From the human T2T-CHM13v2.0 reference genome, Homo sapiens: DNA of 64,000 nt. Where the stretch lies: NCBI RefSeq assembly GCF_009914755.1, contig NC_060939.1, one strand, 5' to 3'. The position numbers and the translations under genes are program-made. Under the pieces are notes generated by a model that did no database searches, was not told the DNA's origin, and saw nothing but the letters and a program-made list of their open reading frames with translations. Positions 1 to 15,300 of the stretch are shown here, one piece after another. The stretch's first letter is position 1; each line of letters opens with the position of its first letter.

Positions 1-240
1 GTTTGGGAGAGGATGCTCTCCCTTTCCCACTTCCACAGTTTGGGCACTCACAGTATTTGGAGTGTCTCCTGGGTCCTGCAGGAGCAGTCTGCTTCCTTCA
101 GTGGGTCTGTGAGTCCTCTTGGGGTTGCTGGCTTGTTCTTGCAGGTTCTAGATTATCACCATCATCACACAGACTTCCTATTATGTCTTTTTTGATTATA
201 GTCATGCTAGTAGGTGTGAAGTGGTATTTCATTATGTGTG

Positions 241-611
241 TTTTTTTGTCGTGGTAAAATATACATAATGAAATTTACCATCAAATCCATTTGTAAGCTG
301 TACAGTTCAGTGACATTAAGTATATTTAAATTATTGTATAGACACCAACCCCATCCATCTCTAAAGCTTTTCATCTTCCTACACTGAAACTCGGTGCCCA
401 CTAAACAATAACTCCCTATTTCCTGCTCTCCCTAGCTCCTGGCAACCACCATGCTACTTTCTGTTTCTGTGAATTCACTACTCTAGATGCCTTATATAAG
501 CGGAATCATACAGTATTGTCCTTCTGTGACGGGTTTTCACTTAGCGTAATGTCCTCAATGTGCATCTGTGTCGTAGCCTGTGTCAGCATTCTTTTCTTTT
601 GTAAAGCTGAA
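241..611 (-). mobile_element. Old L1 (L1MB-like) 3' end fragment
   Basis: Typical L1MB 3'UTR text (gtacagttcagtg..cattaagtat; ggcaaccacc..tactttctgtttctgtgaat; ggaatcatacagtat). Confidence 0.7.
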
Positions 612-1830
612 CATACAAATCAACTAAGAGAAGACAAATTGCCTAATCAGATAATGGGCAAACAATAAAAGAAAAAAATCACTTAAGAAGAAATATAAAT
701 ATCTCCCGATATGGGTTGGCTCTGGGCCCTCACCCAAACCTCATGCTAAATTGTAATTCCTCGTGTTGGAGGAGGGGCCTGGTGGGAGGTGATTGGATCA
801 TAGGGAGGATTTCCCCTTTGCTGTTCTCATGATACTGAGTAAGTTCTCAGGAGATCTGGTTGCTTAGAAGTGTGAACCACCTCCCACTTCTCTCTCTTCC
901 TCCTGCTCCAGCCAGGTAGGAAGTGCCTACTTCTCTTTTGCCTTCTGCCATGAGTGTAAGTTTCCTGAGGCCTCTCCAGCTGTGCTTCCTGTACAGCCTG
1001 CAGAATTGTGTGCCAATGAAGCCTCTTCTCTTTTACATTATCCAGTCTCAGGTAGTTCTTTGCAATGTGACAACAGACTAATACATCCCCCAAACATCTG
1101 AAAATATTCAACCTCACCACAGAGCAGGGGAATTTAAAAACCAAATGAGGACGTGCCCTTTCACATCTATCAGACTGACAACACTAAAAATATGTGACTA
1201 AGCCACATTTGGCCATGATGGGAGAAATGTTCTCACACGGTACTGGTGAGATGCTATCTACAGGTAACCCCTTTGGAGTAAAGCTCAAGTTATGTATAAC
1301 CTATGCCTTATTCCACTTCTAGGGATACAGTTTCTTACACATGTGCCCAAGAAAACCAGAAAACGACATTCACTCCATAATTGTATAAACCTCAAATGGC
1401 AATCCACCTACGTGTCCATCGATGGCAGAATGAATAAATGTGTAAGACGAAATCATATAGAAAACGAATGCCAAAGAGCTACAGCAGCAACACGGCGAGT
1501 TCCCAGGGGCAAGACAGATGTACATACCCTAAGAGACTATTTAAGACACAACAAACAATACTCTCTTCTGTTTGTGGATATATACATATATAGTGCAAGT
1601 TTGAAAATTTGGGTGGGATGAGATGCATACATACCAACAGGGGAAAGGAGGAGAACGGGACTAGGGAGGGTCAAAAAGGACTTCCAACGTATCTGTAACA
1701 TATTATGACTTAACGGATGTGAAATGAATACAGCGATTGTAAAGATTTGTTAAAACTGGGAAGTGGAGACGTGTTTATTAGTTAATCTCGGTACTTTTCT
1801 GTACCATGAAAATTTTTATAAGAAAAATAC
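612..1830 (+). mobile_element. Degenerate L1ME-like 3' region interrupted by an MST LTR
   Basis: Eroded L1 ORF2 end/3'UTR phrases on both sides of the LTR; boundaries approximate. Confidence 0.55.
707..1085 (+). mobile_element. MST (MSTA/MSTB) ERVL-MaLR solo LTR
   Basis: Starts (c)gatatgggttggctct, has ggtgggaggtgattggatcat, ends cagactaataca; 5-bp TSD tctcc/tcccc. Confidence 0.85.
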
Positions 1831-3589
1831 TTACAGAAGCTATAGTCAGGCTGGTATGTACTAACTGACCTTGGCTGCAGTGAGTGGTTGAGACCACGGG
1901 CAACTGAACATGTGCTACCCGGTGTATGACCACACCTGCGCTCCAGCCCACTGAGGCCAAATGTTGCCACGCCGTTCATTTTTAAAAGTAAGGCTGAAAA
2001 TCCAGAGTCTTACTGCAATCTCCTGATTTAAAAATGTTGGAAATGAATCCTAAAACCTTAAGACGCCTGTGTGGGCCAAGCTACGTCTGCTGTGGAATTT
2101 GGCCCTGTGGCCTCTAGTCTAGGACTTTACACTTTCCTATCCTGAAGCAGCAGCTGCCGTGGTTCTGAGCCTAAGCTCCAACAGCCAGATGCCCATCTCC
2201 CTCCAGCTCACACTTGGAGATGATTCTGCACCACTGGCCTGCACACGGGTCCTTGTCATTGCTTTCTTTGTTTTGATCACCAAATTCCTACTACTCACAC
2301 ATGCTAACTTAACAGGTTAGCCCCAAGCCTCTTGTCCTAAGATTTGGAAAAAAAAGACTCCCAAAGCATAATGACGTGGCATAGTTTTCCCAGGACAGCA
2401 GCCGGAATCGTACCCATCAGAAATAAACACCAAAGTCCTGAACCAAGTAGGCTGCAGAAAACACCCAGGGGACGGATTAACACCAGTGGGAGGCCCTGCC
2501 CTGCTGGCCCAGCTGCCCGGCCCCACAAAATTATTCAATGTGAAAACACACAAGCAGACCTCCCCAGCATTCCACCCCCGCTGCTGCTCCACTTTGGACA
2601 TGAAAATATTCAGAATTTGACAAGGATCTCAGAAAATGTCCTGGGGCAAGGTAGGGAGGTGCTCAGCAGTCTGAGTGAGGCAGCTCGCTTGTCCTGTAAG
2701 GGCGACACAGGGGAAGCGCTCCCTCAGCAACTGTGTTCGAAGGGGCAGAGGCAGGGCTCCAACAGGACTGAGCTGGCTGCCTGGGGCTCTGGCATGCAGC
2801 TTTACGAGCAAGGGAATTCACAGCTCTGCCTGAATCCCCACCCACAACTACCTTTAACTGCAAGCTGCAGGTTCACTCCCTGACTCCCCCAGAGCCATCA
2901 GGAGCCAGCCAGGCCCCTGACAACAAGCTGCAAGGTGACCCTCCGTGGGTCTATTTTGAGTTCCTGGTGCCTCTCAACATGCTGCTGCTAAGTTAGAAGC
3001 AGTGACCCTGGTAGTTATGGCTTATAAAGTCCATGTTCATGGTGAACTTGAAAAGAGGTTTCCCAGGGGCAACAGACATCCAGGCTAGAGCCATGTGGAG
3101 ACGGCTGAGGCCCAGGGCGCCCATCCTGACCCAGTGGCTGGCGTTCGGCTGTGTCTATCTCCATGCACTGACTCAAGTGACTAAGGGTGTTTGGAGACCA
3201 TGACGTGTCATAATCATCTTTAGTACAGATGACAGCTTTGTCACTGGCAGCCTCTCCTCCTCATTTTCTCCTGCTTCCTCCTGGGCTTCTCCAGTGCTGG
3301 GAGCTTCGCTGTTCTCCCCTCCACTTCTCTATCTCCTTCCTCCCCCATTTTCTAAGCTAGCTTGGCTCTTTCCTTGGTTCAGTCTGTGGCTTCTTCCCTC
3401 TCATGGCTCACTTACAAATAACTGTTTGAGGACCTTATCTATGCCATGTTCCTTCAGATACTAGGGAACAGGGCATAGGGGACCCCTGACTCTCCACCTG
3501 GGAGGCTTCAGGCCGATGTGTTCACCAGCCTAGAGGATAGCAGGGAGTCCCACCAGGCCTGTGGTTCTGGGTGGGTGTGCGTGTCACAG

Positions 3590-4330
3590 ACCACTCTGCT
3601 AGTCCCCATCACTGAAGCCTAGTGGCCACTTCCTTTCCAAAGACCAGACATGCAGGGTTAGGATCTGGGCGTCATCTTGGACTGCTCTCTGTGCCACGTT
3701 CAAGCAACCACTAAGTCCCACCAAGCCAACCACCACGAAGGATCTCAAATCTGCCTTCCCCTCCCCATATCCATGGCCACCCTTCGCTAGGGTGCCATAA
3801 CAGTCTCCTAACTGCACTGCCTCCCCAAAAACAAACATGTAATCTCTTTTCCCTTCCAAGTAACCTATGCTTCTCTGCCACAGCTCCAGTCTGAAACTTT
3901 CGACGGCTCCCTAGTACCTAATGCCTTCCATATCCTGAGCCCAGCATTCCGGTCCCAGCCAGTCTGATGATTTACTCATTCGTTCAGTCCACGCTCCTTC
4001 ATAGTGCCACCCAAGGACTGCAGCTGTTTTCAGGAATATATGCAGAGAAACAAAAATAAGACTCTGGACTAAGAAAAAGAAGTACCAGGGTAGATGAAGG
4101 TAAGGGGAACAAGCCTTGTCGCCCTGGCCCTGGCCAGCCACATGTGCTCCTCCCTCCCAGGCTGTTGGCTGTTCCTTCACTCAGACATGCTGGCACCGGT
4201 CCCTCTGCCTGCACGCCCTCCTCATTTCTCGGTTGGCCAATGTCAAGCGCCTGCTCCTCCACAGGTCCTAGATGTTCTCTCTTCCACTGCTGGCTCATCT
4301 GAGGCTCTCCAAATGGCCTAAATGATACCG
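3590..4330 (+). mobile_element. L2 LINE fragments
   Basis: L2-like text (ggcgtcatcttggactgctctct...tctcaaatctgccttcccctcc; ggctgttccttc); approximate. Confidence 0.5.
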
Positions 4331-4374
4331 TTCCTGCCAAGACTATCCTGACCTTGCTATGGCTTGGGTGCTCC

Positions 4375-4500
4375 TAGGAGTCAAGAGGCTCAGATCTAGT
4401 TCGGGCTCCCAGGCTAAGTCTTTGTTGACCTTGGCTACTAAACTTCCCCGGGCTCAGTTTTTCCATCTGTGAAATGGGTTGAAACTCATTTGTTTCTCAC
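4375..4500 (+). mobile_element. MIR SINE
   Basis: Core gaccttggc...ctcagtttttccatctgtgaaatggg. Confidence 0.6.
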
Positions 4501-5552
4501 GTGGATGTGCCAACGATTGATCCTATATGGTCAATCTGTTATCACCCAGTGTCCCCTTCTGGATGGATGCAGGCCCCCAGCAGGCATATCACAGAGCAGT
4601 CCAGGAGCTGCGTGCACCACAACCCCATGTGCTGACTTAGCCACAGCCCCCACCTCCTCCTCGGCGGTGGACCCCACTAAGGCAGCGTGTGCTGAGTCCA
4701 CCCTAAACCTCGGCTCTGGCACACTGGAGAGAAAGTTCGTATTAATGTTGCTGGCCAATAAAACAACCAGCAGTTTCCTATAAAAAGTGACAGTGGGATA
4801 AGTCTACATTAAAATATTCATGCCCTTTATTTCACATCACAAAAAGATTCAAACACCCCAACCAAACGCAGTTACAGCAGCTGCCGGGCAGATGTTCTTC
4901 AGGCAGGCAAATGAGACACAGTAATTAGTCTCAATTAAGTTACCAGTAAATTATGTAACGGAGACCTTTAGCCACCCAGCCCTGACAGGTTTGCTGAGCC
5001 AAAGGCAGTGAACCCGGTCCAAAACTATTTAGAAACTCTGGATTGCTTTGGATAATTCATGTTCTGAGTAAATTACAGAGAGTCTTGGCATGGGAGGAAT
5101 AATGAATACCGTAACCACTTTCAACTGAAAATAATAATTTGTTAATAATTTTAATAGCTAATGAGCTACAGAAACCACGTCCGTAAGCCTTCCAAGCAGA
5201 AAGGAAGGAGATTCATTTTATTTCTGGCTGTATGAAGCTGATGGCATTCACTCATCCATATGCTTTTGAGACTTTTGCTCAGCAAGTATCTTGTCACATG
5301 ATCTGTTTTCACCGGAGCACTGCTTCTTCTTGAATTTTCAAAAACAGTTTCCTAAAGGTCTGCTCTGCAAAGATGTTTCTGTCTAATCGGGCTTTAAGGA
5401 TTTCTCAGCAAGAGGCACACAGGAGACTGGCTGGCTGCCATTCTGCCTTCAAGACCCTGAGAAAAGAGACTCTTCCATCAAGTCTTGTTGAACCAAGTTG
5501 TGTGATGTTTTCCCTTGTCAACTTTTGTTTTTAGGTGAACAAAATAAAAAAA

Positions 5553-5853
<301 letters not shown>

Positions 5854-6438
5854 AAGAAAATTTTATTCACAGAATTGTAGAGAATATCCCACTCCCTGGT
5901 GAAATAACTGTATTTGGGGCCACTCAGAGTCCAGATTTCCTCTCTTCATCCACAAAAGCCTGGTCACATCTTGCTGTGGATGGTCCTTGTCCAAGTCCTT
6001 GCCTTCTCCCTATCTCTTCTGAAAGTCAGACTCTAGCACAGAGCCTCGTGCTTCTTAAGGACCTCATGAATGTCTTCTAAATTTAATTAAATTCCATGGT
6101 TCTCTATGAAGAAAACTGACAAGTGACCTGGAGCTTACAAAAATGATCTTTGCGCTGATCTCCAGGGCATCTTGGGCTATTCTCACTCACTTTAGTTTAT
6201 CTCTTCTATTGCCGTATTTTCTGCTTAGTAGAACTTATAAATTTAATTCATGCACATTGTAGAAAATCTGGAAAGTACAAAAAATAGCGAGAGAACCAAA
6301 GGACACACATGATCCTAGTCTTTCTTCCTAAACATCTTCCTTTGATGTTGATGTCATACCACAAATCTTTGTATACTGTGCATCGCTATTGATAGCGAAG
6401 CAATTCCTATGCAATCAAAAATCTTTTCTAAAGGTTGA

Positions 6439-6719
6439 TTTTTTTTTGTTGTTGTTGTTGAGATGGGGTCTTGCTCTGTCACCCAGGCTGGAGGGCAGTG
6501 GTACAATTCAGCTCAGTACAGCCTCGAACTCCTCGGCTCAAGCAATTCTCCTGCGTCGGCCTCCCGAATAGCTGGGACTACAAGCACATGTCACTGTAAC
6601 TGGCTAATTTAAAAAATTTTTTTTGTAGAGATGTTGTCTCATTTTGTTGCCCTGGCTGGTCTCAAACTCCTGGCTTCAAGCAGTCCTCCCACCTTGGCCT
6701 CCCAAAGTGCTAAAGATTA
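6439..6719 (-). mobile_element. AluJ, 5'-truncated
   Basis: gagatggggtcttgctctgtcacccagg...cagcctcgaactcct...cctcccaaagtgct; (TTG)n tail. Confidence 0.88.
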
Positions 6720-7399
6720 ACTTTTTAATGCTTGCATATTACTCTGTCATATAGATAGAGCCATACATTACTGAACCAGTGCATACCTGGTCATTTGGGT
6801 AGGTGCCCATTTTGTCCATATTTTGGATGATTTCCACAGGGTACAAATGGAAGTCCTGGATCCAAAGTGTTGAGCAACATCATTCAGAGGGCCAGGGAGG
6901 AGTGCTTGGATCTCTCCGTGATGGGGATCTCATTACACTATGACCCGGCCATGCCTGACCCACTAGCCTGTTGGGTATGCTTGTTCTCTAGTGACGATGC
7001 TTTACATTTGTGAAGGCTTTACATTGTGAAGGGGCAAGGTTTCCAAAAGTCCTCCTATGTATCCCTTGTGTCTTCTTTCTGCCTATGCATGTAGCCCTTC
7101 AGCTGTTCCTTAAGAGGCAGCAGTGTCCAGGCTACAGTCCCTCCACCCCACTCCCCTGCTTTGGATGTTCCCTGCCGGTCAATGTTTCCTTAGCACGTGA
7201 CCTTGACAAATACATGTCTAGTTGCAATGTGACCTGCTTCAAGTAAATAAACAATAAGAACCACACTAACTGGACCCTTCTATATGCCAGATGTTGTGTG
7301 CTTTAGTCTTCACTTGATTCCCAATTAGATAAGCGGGGAGCTCCTGTGAAGTAACCTGCTCAGGATCACACAGTCAGGGAGATCGGTCTTGGGTTGAGA

Positions 7400-8220
<821 letters not shown>

Positions 8221-8259
8221 TTTGGTATCTATAGGTTTTTGTTTTTGTTTTACTCCAAC

Positions 8260-9380
8260 CATTTTTGATAGTTTTATTCAAGTATCACATAAATACATAA
8301 AAGTATATAAATTATAAGTATACAGCTTGATGAAATTTTCACAAAGCAAGGCTTGTAACTACAACTCAGATCAAGAAAAGGAACATTACCAGAACCTCAG
8401 AAGGCCTCCTCATACTCAGTTATGAGCCTCCCCCAACAATTCTGACTCCTACCATCACAGGTTTGTTTGGCGTGTCCTTCAACTTTATATAAATGAACTC
8501 ACAGAGCAGGCACTCTTGTCTTTTGTGTCTAGCTTCTTTATTTGTGAGACTGATCCAAGTTTTGTAGAACAATAGTTTATTTTCATCATTGTGTCGTATT
8601 TCATTGTATGACTAGACCACAATCCATCCATTGTACTGTGGATGTGCATTTGGGTTGTTTCAGGTTTTGGCCTCTTATGACTAGCACTGTGCTGAACATT
8701 CTTGTACATGTCTTGTACAACTTGCTGGCATACACCTATGTGGAAGCTAAAGCAACTGCATCTTAAATGGGAGGCTAAAGCAACTCCATCTTGAATGCTT
8801 ATCCGCCATGTTGGCTTAACTGACTAACTGTAGTTCCAGGAAGGCCTCCGAGATTTCCAATTTATCTACTGTTGCTTGTGTAAAAGCAGGCACATACCAT
8901 AAATTGTGCTCTTAGGTCAAACAACCTTATGCTATCACACTTCAGTTGTCCTACAAATTGCATCTGAACCATTCCTTGACCTGGGTCTGGGGGACAATGG
9001 CATGGGGATCCACCATCTTGTCTTGCTGCTGCCCGAGGCACAGGCATGGCTTCTGTTTTTAAGTCCCTATTAAATGTTTCTTTCTAAGAAATTGGATTTG
9101 TCAGCCTCTTTGGCCTCTCAGCTTCCTCAGACTTTGGGGAATGTCTGCATAGCTCTGCCCACCTTGAAACAATCTAGGAGTAGAATTTCTGGGTCATGAG
9201 AATTTGTATGTTTAGACAAATAGATTTCCAAAGTGGTTATGCCAATTTACACTCACACCAGCAATGACAGAGATTGCCAATGGCTCCACGTCCTTGCCAA
9301 AACATACTATCATCTGTCTTTTCTATTTCAATCAGTCTAGTGGGTGTGTCAGTGGTATCACATTGTGTTTTAATGTGTAC
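8260..9380 (-). mobile_element. L1M 3' end fragment interrupted by an LTR
   Basis: catacaccta|ggagtagaatttctgggtca motif is split by the LTR insertion; typical L1M 3' text. Confidence 0.65.
8739..9171 (+). mobile_element. Solo LTR, LTR47/MER72-like
   Basis: TG...CA ends; gctaaagcaactccatcttg...ccgccatgttg start; ATTAAA poly(A) signal; 5-bp TSD accta/atcta. Confidence 0.75.
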
Positions 9381-9821
9381 AAGTGGAGAATACAGGTGAA
9401 GGCATTATGGGCAGGGAGAACAGGGTGAACAACAGTCGGGAGGTGCAGAAGTACTCATACCTTTGTAAAACGCACTTTGTCTCTCTTTCCTAATCTTTTA
9501 CTACCTGGTTTATCAGTTTTTAATGATATCTCTTGACTTCCACCCACTCTCTAAACAACGACAAATGTTATTATTTGATTTTCCTGCTTTCTGTTTTTTC
9601 TTTCTTTTTATTCTTTTATTCTACTCTTTTTTCTATTGCTTTTAGTTGCATTCTTTTCATTTTGTCAGAGCATATAACATTTACATATTATTTTTCATTC
9701 CTGTATCTAACTTTGTGTTAGTCTTAGCTCCACAATTAAACATCCTAAGATGCTCACCATCAGCCCTTTTACCGCTGACCCTAGTCATCTCTTGGTTAGA
9801 TGAAGGGCATCCTATGATAGT

Positions 9822-10042
9822 AGTGGGATTGACAAACTATGGCCTGAGGGCCAAATCCTCCCTGATACTTGTCTTGGTGAATACAGTTTTATTAGAATAC
9901 AGCCCTGTCTATTTGTCTATACATTGTTTGTAGCTGCTTTTGTGCTACAATAGAATTGAGTAGTTAAGACAGAGACTATACAGCTTGTAAAGCCTAAAAT
10001 ATTTAATATCTGTCTTTCACTGGAAAAGTTTGCTGATTCCTG
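9822..10042. mobile_element. MER58A-like hAT-Charlie DNA transposon
   Basis: caaactatggcctgagggccaaatc...aaagcctaaaatattta...gaaaagtttgctgattcctg. Confidence 0.8.
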
Positions 10043-10899
10043 CTCCGGTAAATTCCTCAAGAAGGGCTCATGGATACAGCGTCCTCAGCTCTTGTCTACT
10101 TAAAATTGTTTTTCTAAAGCTTTGATACTCGAAGGATAGTTTAGCTAGTTATAAAATCTTGGTCTGATCTGTGAGGACATCATGCAGACCCTGAGAACTG
10201 GGAGTCTGAGTCTCATGAGTCAGAAGGAGTGGGCTGGGGAGTAGAATGAGTGCCCCGTTCTGAGACGAGTCCTACCACTTGATAGCCACACATTTCTGTG
10301 GAGTCTCCTGACCCCATGGCAGTCCCCACTGGGGAGCCCTACCCAGAGAAGTCACATGACAGGAGGCTGCTGACAAGCTGTACAGGCAGAGCCACAGACA
10401 GACCCTCTAGGAACTGTAGTGCCTGGGTGATGAGCCATCAGCTGCCATCTGTGTCCCTGCTTCATCCATAATAATATCATGGGAAGCTTACTAAGTGCTC
10501 TGCTGACCTGACCCACCACCCCAATAACACTGTCAGACAGGCGCAGAATGTTCTCATTAAACCCTCGCACATTTGGGGCACTCATGCAGCCTTCTTTTCA
10601 AAAATGCATGCAAACCATCTGCCTAAATCATCCCTCATCCTCTAGTTGTGCCAGGGGTTGACAGCACTCTGAAACGGCATTCTTCGGACCCGGCCATTTA
10701 TCTGTTTGGGAAATTGAGACCCAGCCCTCAGACCACTGGCTCTGCTCTTGTCTGCTGTGATTTCTCAGAACCAGTCAGCAGAGCCTCAGAGATGACAGCT
10801 GTAAAGTTCTGTAGCATCTTGGATTGGATTTTGTCCTGGAATGGGGTTTTGGACACTTCTAGAAAATCATAACAGTGATCATAAAAATGACAAATTTAG

Positions 10900-11090
10900 C
10901 TCTTACTGTGTGCCAGGAACTGTCCTGAGCCATTTATTTCTCTTAGCTCGCATCATTCTCATGACAGCCCTCTGAGGTAGGAACTCTCTCAGTCCCCTGT
11001 CGTACAGACAGGTTGAGTGGCCTGCTGCAGGTCCCCTGCTGGCAGCAGCGGGGCTGAGATGGGAACCTGGCTGCTGGAGTCCTCACTCTA
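10900..11090 (-). mobile_element. MIR SINE
   Basis: ttactgtgtgccaggaactgtcctgagc...cagccctctgaggtagg. Confidence 0.55.
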
Positions 11091-12180
11091 CTGCTTCTGC
11101 TTCTCAGGGTTCCCTCCTTAGTTTTCTTGAGCTGCCATGCTCTTTGCCTGCTTTCTTCTACCTTTGCCTTCTACCTTTACCCTCCTTCTCCTTTTTGAAA
11201 AGCAGCAGTGAACCTGCACTTTGCCTTTTGTCACTTTTAGCCTTAACAGGCATCTCCTTCTCAGTTTTCCTTATTTCAAGGGCTAACTTAAAACAACCAC
11301 AAAAAGTTATCTTTGTCAAACCTTTCTTAGCAAGGCTGTTTGCGGACATCTCGCTGTCTGGCCCGAGCTGCCTGCTAAGGCTCCAAACTGTTTCCTCCCT
11401 CCCATTGCTGCATGCCTCAGTGCACTTGGGTCTTTCCATCTGGTTCACCCTGAGCCACCAGGGTGAACCCCTAGTCCTGAGTATGTCTCCCATCTTATGT
11501 CTTGTTGGGTCAGTTGTGATTATGGAGTCAGAATGGAATCTTCCCAGATTTCCGCTTGGTGCTGAGCTGTATTGACTTTCTGTAGCTGTGGGAACAAAAC
11601 TACCTCTACTCTGACCTTTACTTATTCTATTAATATCTTCTCAAAACATAGGGATCTAAATTTAACCCTGCTCGGTTTCCTTTCCTGACTGTGGCAAACT
11701 GCAAAACAAAATGGCCGTTGCTTCCCAGGTTGTCACAAACCTTCCTGCTTTGTAAGAAATAAAGTCAGGGTGATGAGTCCTTTCATTCATCCATTTATGC
11801 CAGAGAGAGGAGAAATGGGGAGTGCTTTGTCTGTCAATTAGGGCATCCGGCTGCCTCATTTCCATCCCCAGCTCCAGTCACCAGAGCTGCTGCCATGCAA
11901 CGCCTGGAGCCTCCTGCAAAGTCCTGCCTTCAGTCTCCACTTGGTTAGGTCTCTGCTTTGTGGCTCTCTCCCCTCAGTGGCCTGGGCTCTGGGCCCTGAA
12001 GTCTTCAGGAGATGAGGTAACCGACTACCTTTCCCTCCTAGATAAGCCCCATACTCTATCTCTACTGAAGGATTTTTGCATCTGCTGTTAGATTCAAGTC
12101 ATGGGACCCAATTCACCAAATCTGGTGATTTCCACCATGCTTTCTGAGTTAAAATGTCAAGGGACCTTCGTTACTATATG

Positions 12181-12358
12181 CTGGTGGTTCTCAATGCAGT
12201 CCCTGGACCAGCATCATGAGTGCTATCAGAGCCCTAGCTAGAAATGTAAGTTTCCAGGTCTCACTCTGGATGTACTGAATCAGAAGCTCTGGGAGTGGGG
12301 CCCAGCACTCTGTCAGTTACCCAGTCTCCTGGGGATTTCAGCACAGTAGAGCCACTAG
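12181..12358. mobile_element. MER5A DNA transposon
   Basis: gtggttctcaa...ggaccagca...tactgaatcagaagctctggg..tggggcccagca...gagccact. Confidence 0.78.
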
Positions 12359-15300
12359 ACATATTGGGAAAATAATCACCCGAGGCCTGAGCCTTGCTTC
12401 GGATCAGCTCTCTGAGAGGTGCTGGCCCCCAGATCACCCTTTGTCCTCCCTGACAACTCACTGGGCAGGTGCAGCTGAAATGTTTTTCCCTCCCTGTTCT
12501 CATGATTCAGGGTAAAGCTCTCTCCCCCTGGCCAGGGAACATCCTCTTCCCAGGAAGCGGATTAAGAGTCGTGGAAGGAAAACACGACTGAGCCATGTGC
12601 ACGGTGTGGGCCAGGGCACGTTCATTACCTCCTCAGTGCTAATTTCTGCCCTTAATGTCGTAAGGAATTCCTTTTGGAAATTATGTACTTCAATTTCATC
12701 AGGCTCCTTCCTTCAGTGGTATTTAAACCCAAATACAGGTTAGCAGACAGAAGTGCTGGCAGGAACCAGCCTTTCACATCCACCCACAAATGCAACCTCC
12801 TCACGCTCCCCCTACCAGGGCTCCAGTGGTCTGTAATGAGCCACCTGGGCATGGCACATCTGTGAAATCTCTAGTCACGCGCTGAGCCTGAAATCCAATC
12901 TTCGGGTTTGAATGATGCTGAGACCCTCCCATGATCCTTTTTCCTTCCCTAGTCTTACCCCCATCCTGCTGATGATACTATCTAAAGTTCACAAGTAGAG
13001 AGCTCAGAAGCATTCAAGAGGTTAGAAATGAACCACTCAAGACTTTTCTGCTGTTGCAATTTACTCTGAAATACGTATAAATTATATGATCTTGTTCTGA
13101 CAAGAAGGGGAATGTTAGTATACTCTGGGACCTGCCCGCAATCTTTTACTATCTGGAAAATACCAGCATGGGTTTAGATTATGTAGTTATAACTGTATTA
13201 AAAATGTGTGTGTGCACGCTCACATGTGTATGTGTGAGGAGTGTCTTACGAAATAATGGATAACCCACAAAATGTTGGGGTCCAACAGCTGGCTGATGTT
13301 CATCATCGATATAGTTTTGTAGTTGAGCAGTGATGATAGTTTTGGCTGGCGTTCACGGAGTGCTGACTCGGGGTGAAGGAATTTATAGGCATTACTTCAC
13401 TTCATCTCCTCAAGACTTCTATGACAGATGTTCTCATTTCCCATGTTTACAGATGGCAAGATCATGTAACTTGCCCGTGGGTTTGCATGCAGCTAGGGGT
13501 GAGGTGGGGACCTGAGGTCAGTCTCTCAATGCCCACCATGTGAAGCTGCCCCTGGGTGAAATGGATGGAGCATTTCATTCTTTTTCTGGCTAGCTACCGA
13601 ACCTAACAAATTGCATGTCTTCCTGCCTCTACATGATAAGTAGATGATGATCTTGCTATTGCTTCCAACTTTAAACAAATCCATTTCAATAAAGGCTGCT
13701 GTAAAGCATGAGCAGGTAAAGGAAAGATTTAAAATATGTCTGCAGAAACTGCTGCTGAGAGTGGAATGAGTAGGACTAGAGGAAGAAGTCAAGGTGGGCT
13801 ATGGGTAGGACACAGCATGGGTAAAGTCGACCACAGGCTCTACCTAGAGAGGGTGAATGATTTAACTAGAAGACAATCCAACATACACCAGGGTCCTAAA
13901 CCAGCCTCTGATTTCCACCCCTTCATCAACGGAGCATCTGTCCAGACCAGACATCTGTCCCCTAATGGGTAAATGCTCATGCCACCGGAATGAAATCTCA
14001 TTTTCGACATAATGCCGCTAACCATAGAGATGAGCAATTCTGGGATGACTGAGGCACATTCCCTCCACCAGTATCAAACAATCCATTTATCTGTTCAAAT
14101 GACTTACTAAGACCTACTAAGCTCTAGGCGCTGCTGGGCACTGGAGACTAAGCTGCACACCCAGTGATTTCCATATTTGTAGAGTACTCACCGTGTGGCA
14201 GCTTGGTTCTACAAATAAGTTCCTGACAAATATTTGCTGAGTGAATTGAGCACTGATAAGGTCCTTGCCCTTACGGGGAAGAGGAACAAGAAAAAGAAAG
14301 GGAAGACTAAAGAAACAGAGTCACACAGACCATACAGGAATGACGGAGGTGTCCTGTCTATACGCGGCACTTGGTACAGGTAGATGCATTACTTACCCAT
14401 AGAGGACAGCATGGAGGTTTCAGAAGCTGTGGGTTTGATTCCTGAACGGGTATCAAAGGTTTAGTTCCTTATCCAGAAAATCTCAGGCCTGGGACACAGA
14501 CGCACCTCTCCTCCATTGCCTGCCAACTTGCATCACTGGTTACTTGGGGTCTGACTGAGAGTCCCTCCCAGCCCCTCCAAGCTCAAGGTCAGCTAGGCAT
14601 GGGTAGAAAGTGTGCTTGTCTCAGAGGTCCAGGAAGGCACCCGTCAGCACCTCTCACTGCCTCAACCCCAAATCTCCCCAGGTCTCCTGGGAAACCACCT
14701 TCATATTGAACCCCTTATGTTAGATATGTCCTGAATTTTCATTTCTTTTCTAGTATGGGTGCAGATAACACTAACAACAAGCCAGAAAACCAACTAACTA
14801 CAGCATTCTGAAAAATTGCTCTAGTGTTTAATCCCAGAGCTTTGGGCCTTTGGGCTGCGAGTTTCACTTCCAGGGAAAGGAACCACTCCAGCTTCCCCTT
14901 GATAGCACTCGGAGTTAAATGCCACTACAGTACTGTCTGATGACTCTCTTGCCCCGCTTTTGGATATCAATTTAGAGCTGCCTTGGTCAAAAGGGTTCTT
15001 TTTAATGCCATGGCAGAAGCAGGCTGTACTGTTTTTAAAATGAGAACGAGAAAGCAGAAAGTATGTAAGATTTAAAGGAGGAAAACATTGTTTTGCATTC
15101 TGTTACCAGAATGAGCTGGGAAAGCTACTTAATGACTAAGCGTCTCGAAGTCTTCATCTGTAAAATGAGGTGAATACGTCGACTTTCCAGAGGGACTGTG
15201 GGGCTACCTAACCCACGAGACAGCCAGCAGCCACTTCCTCCTTTCTCTCCTTACTGCTGATGAGCAACAGTGAACTGGCCCATTCCCAAAGAGCTTTGCC

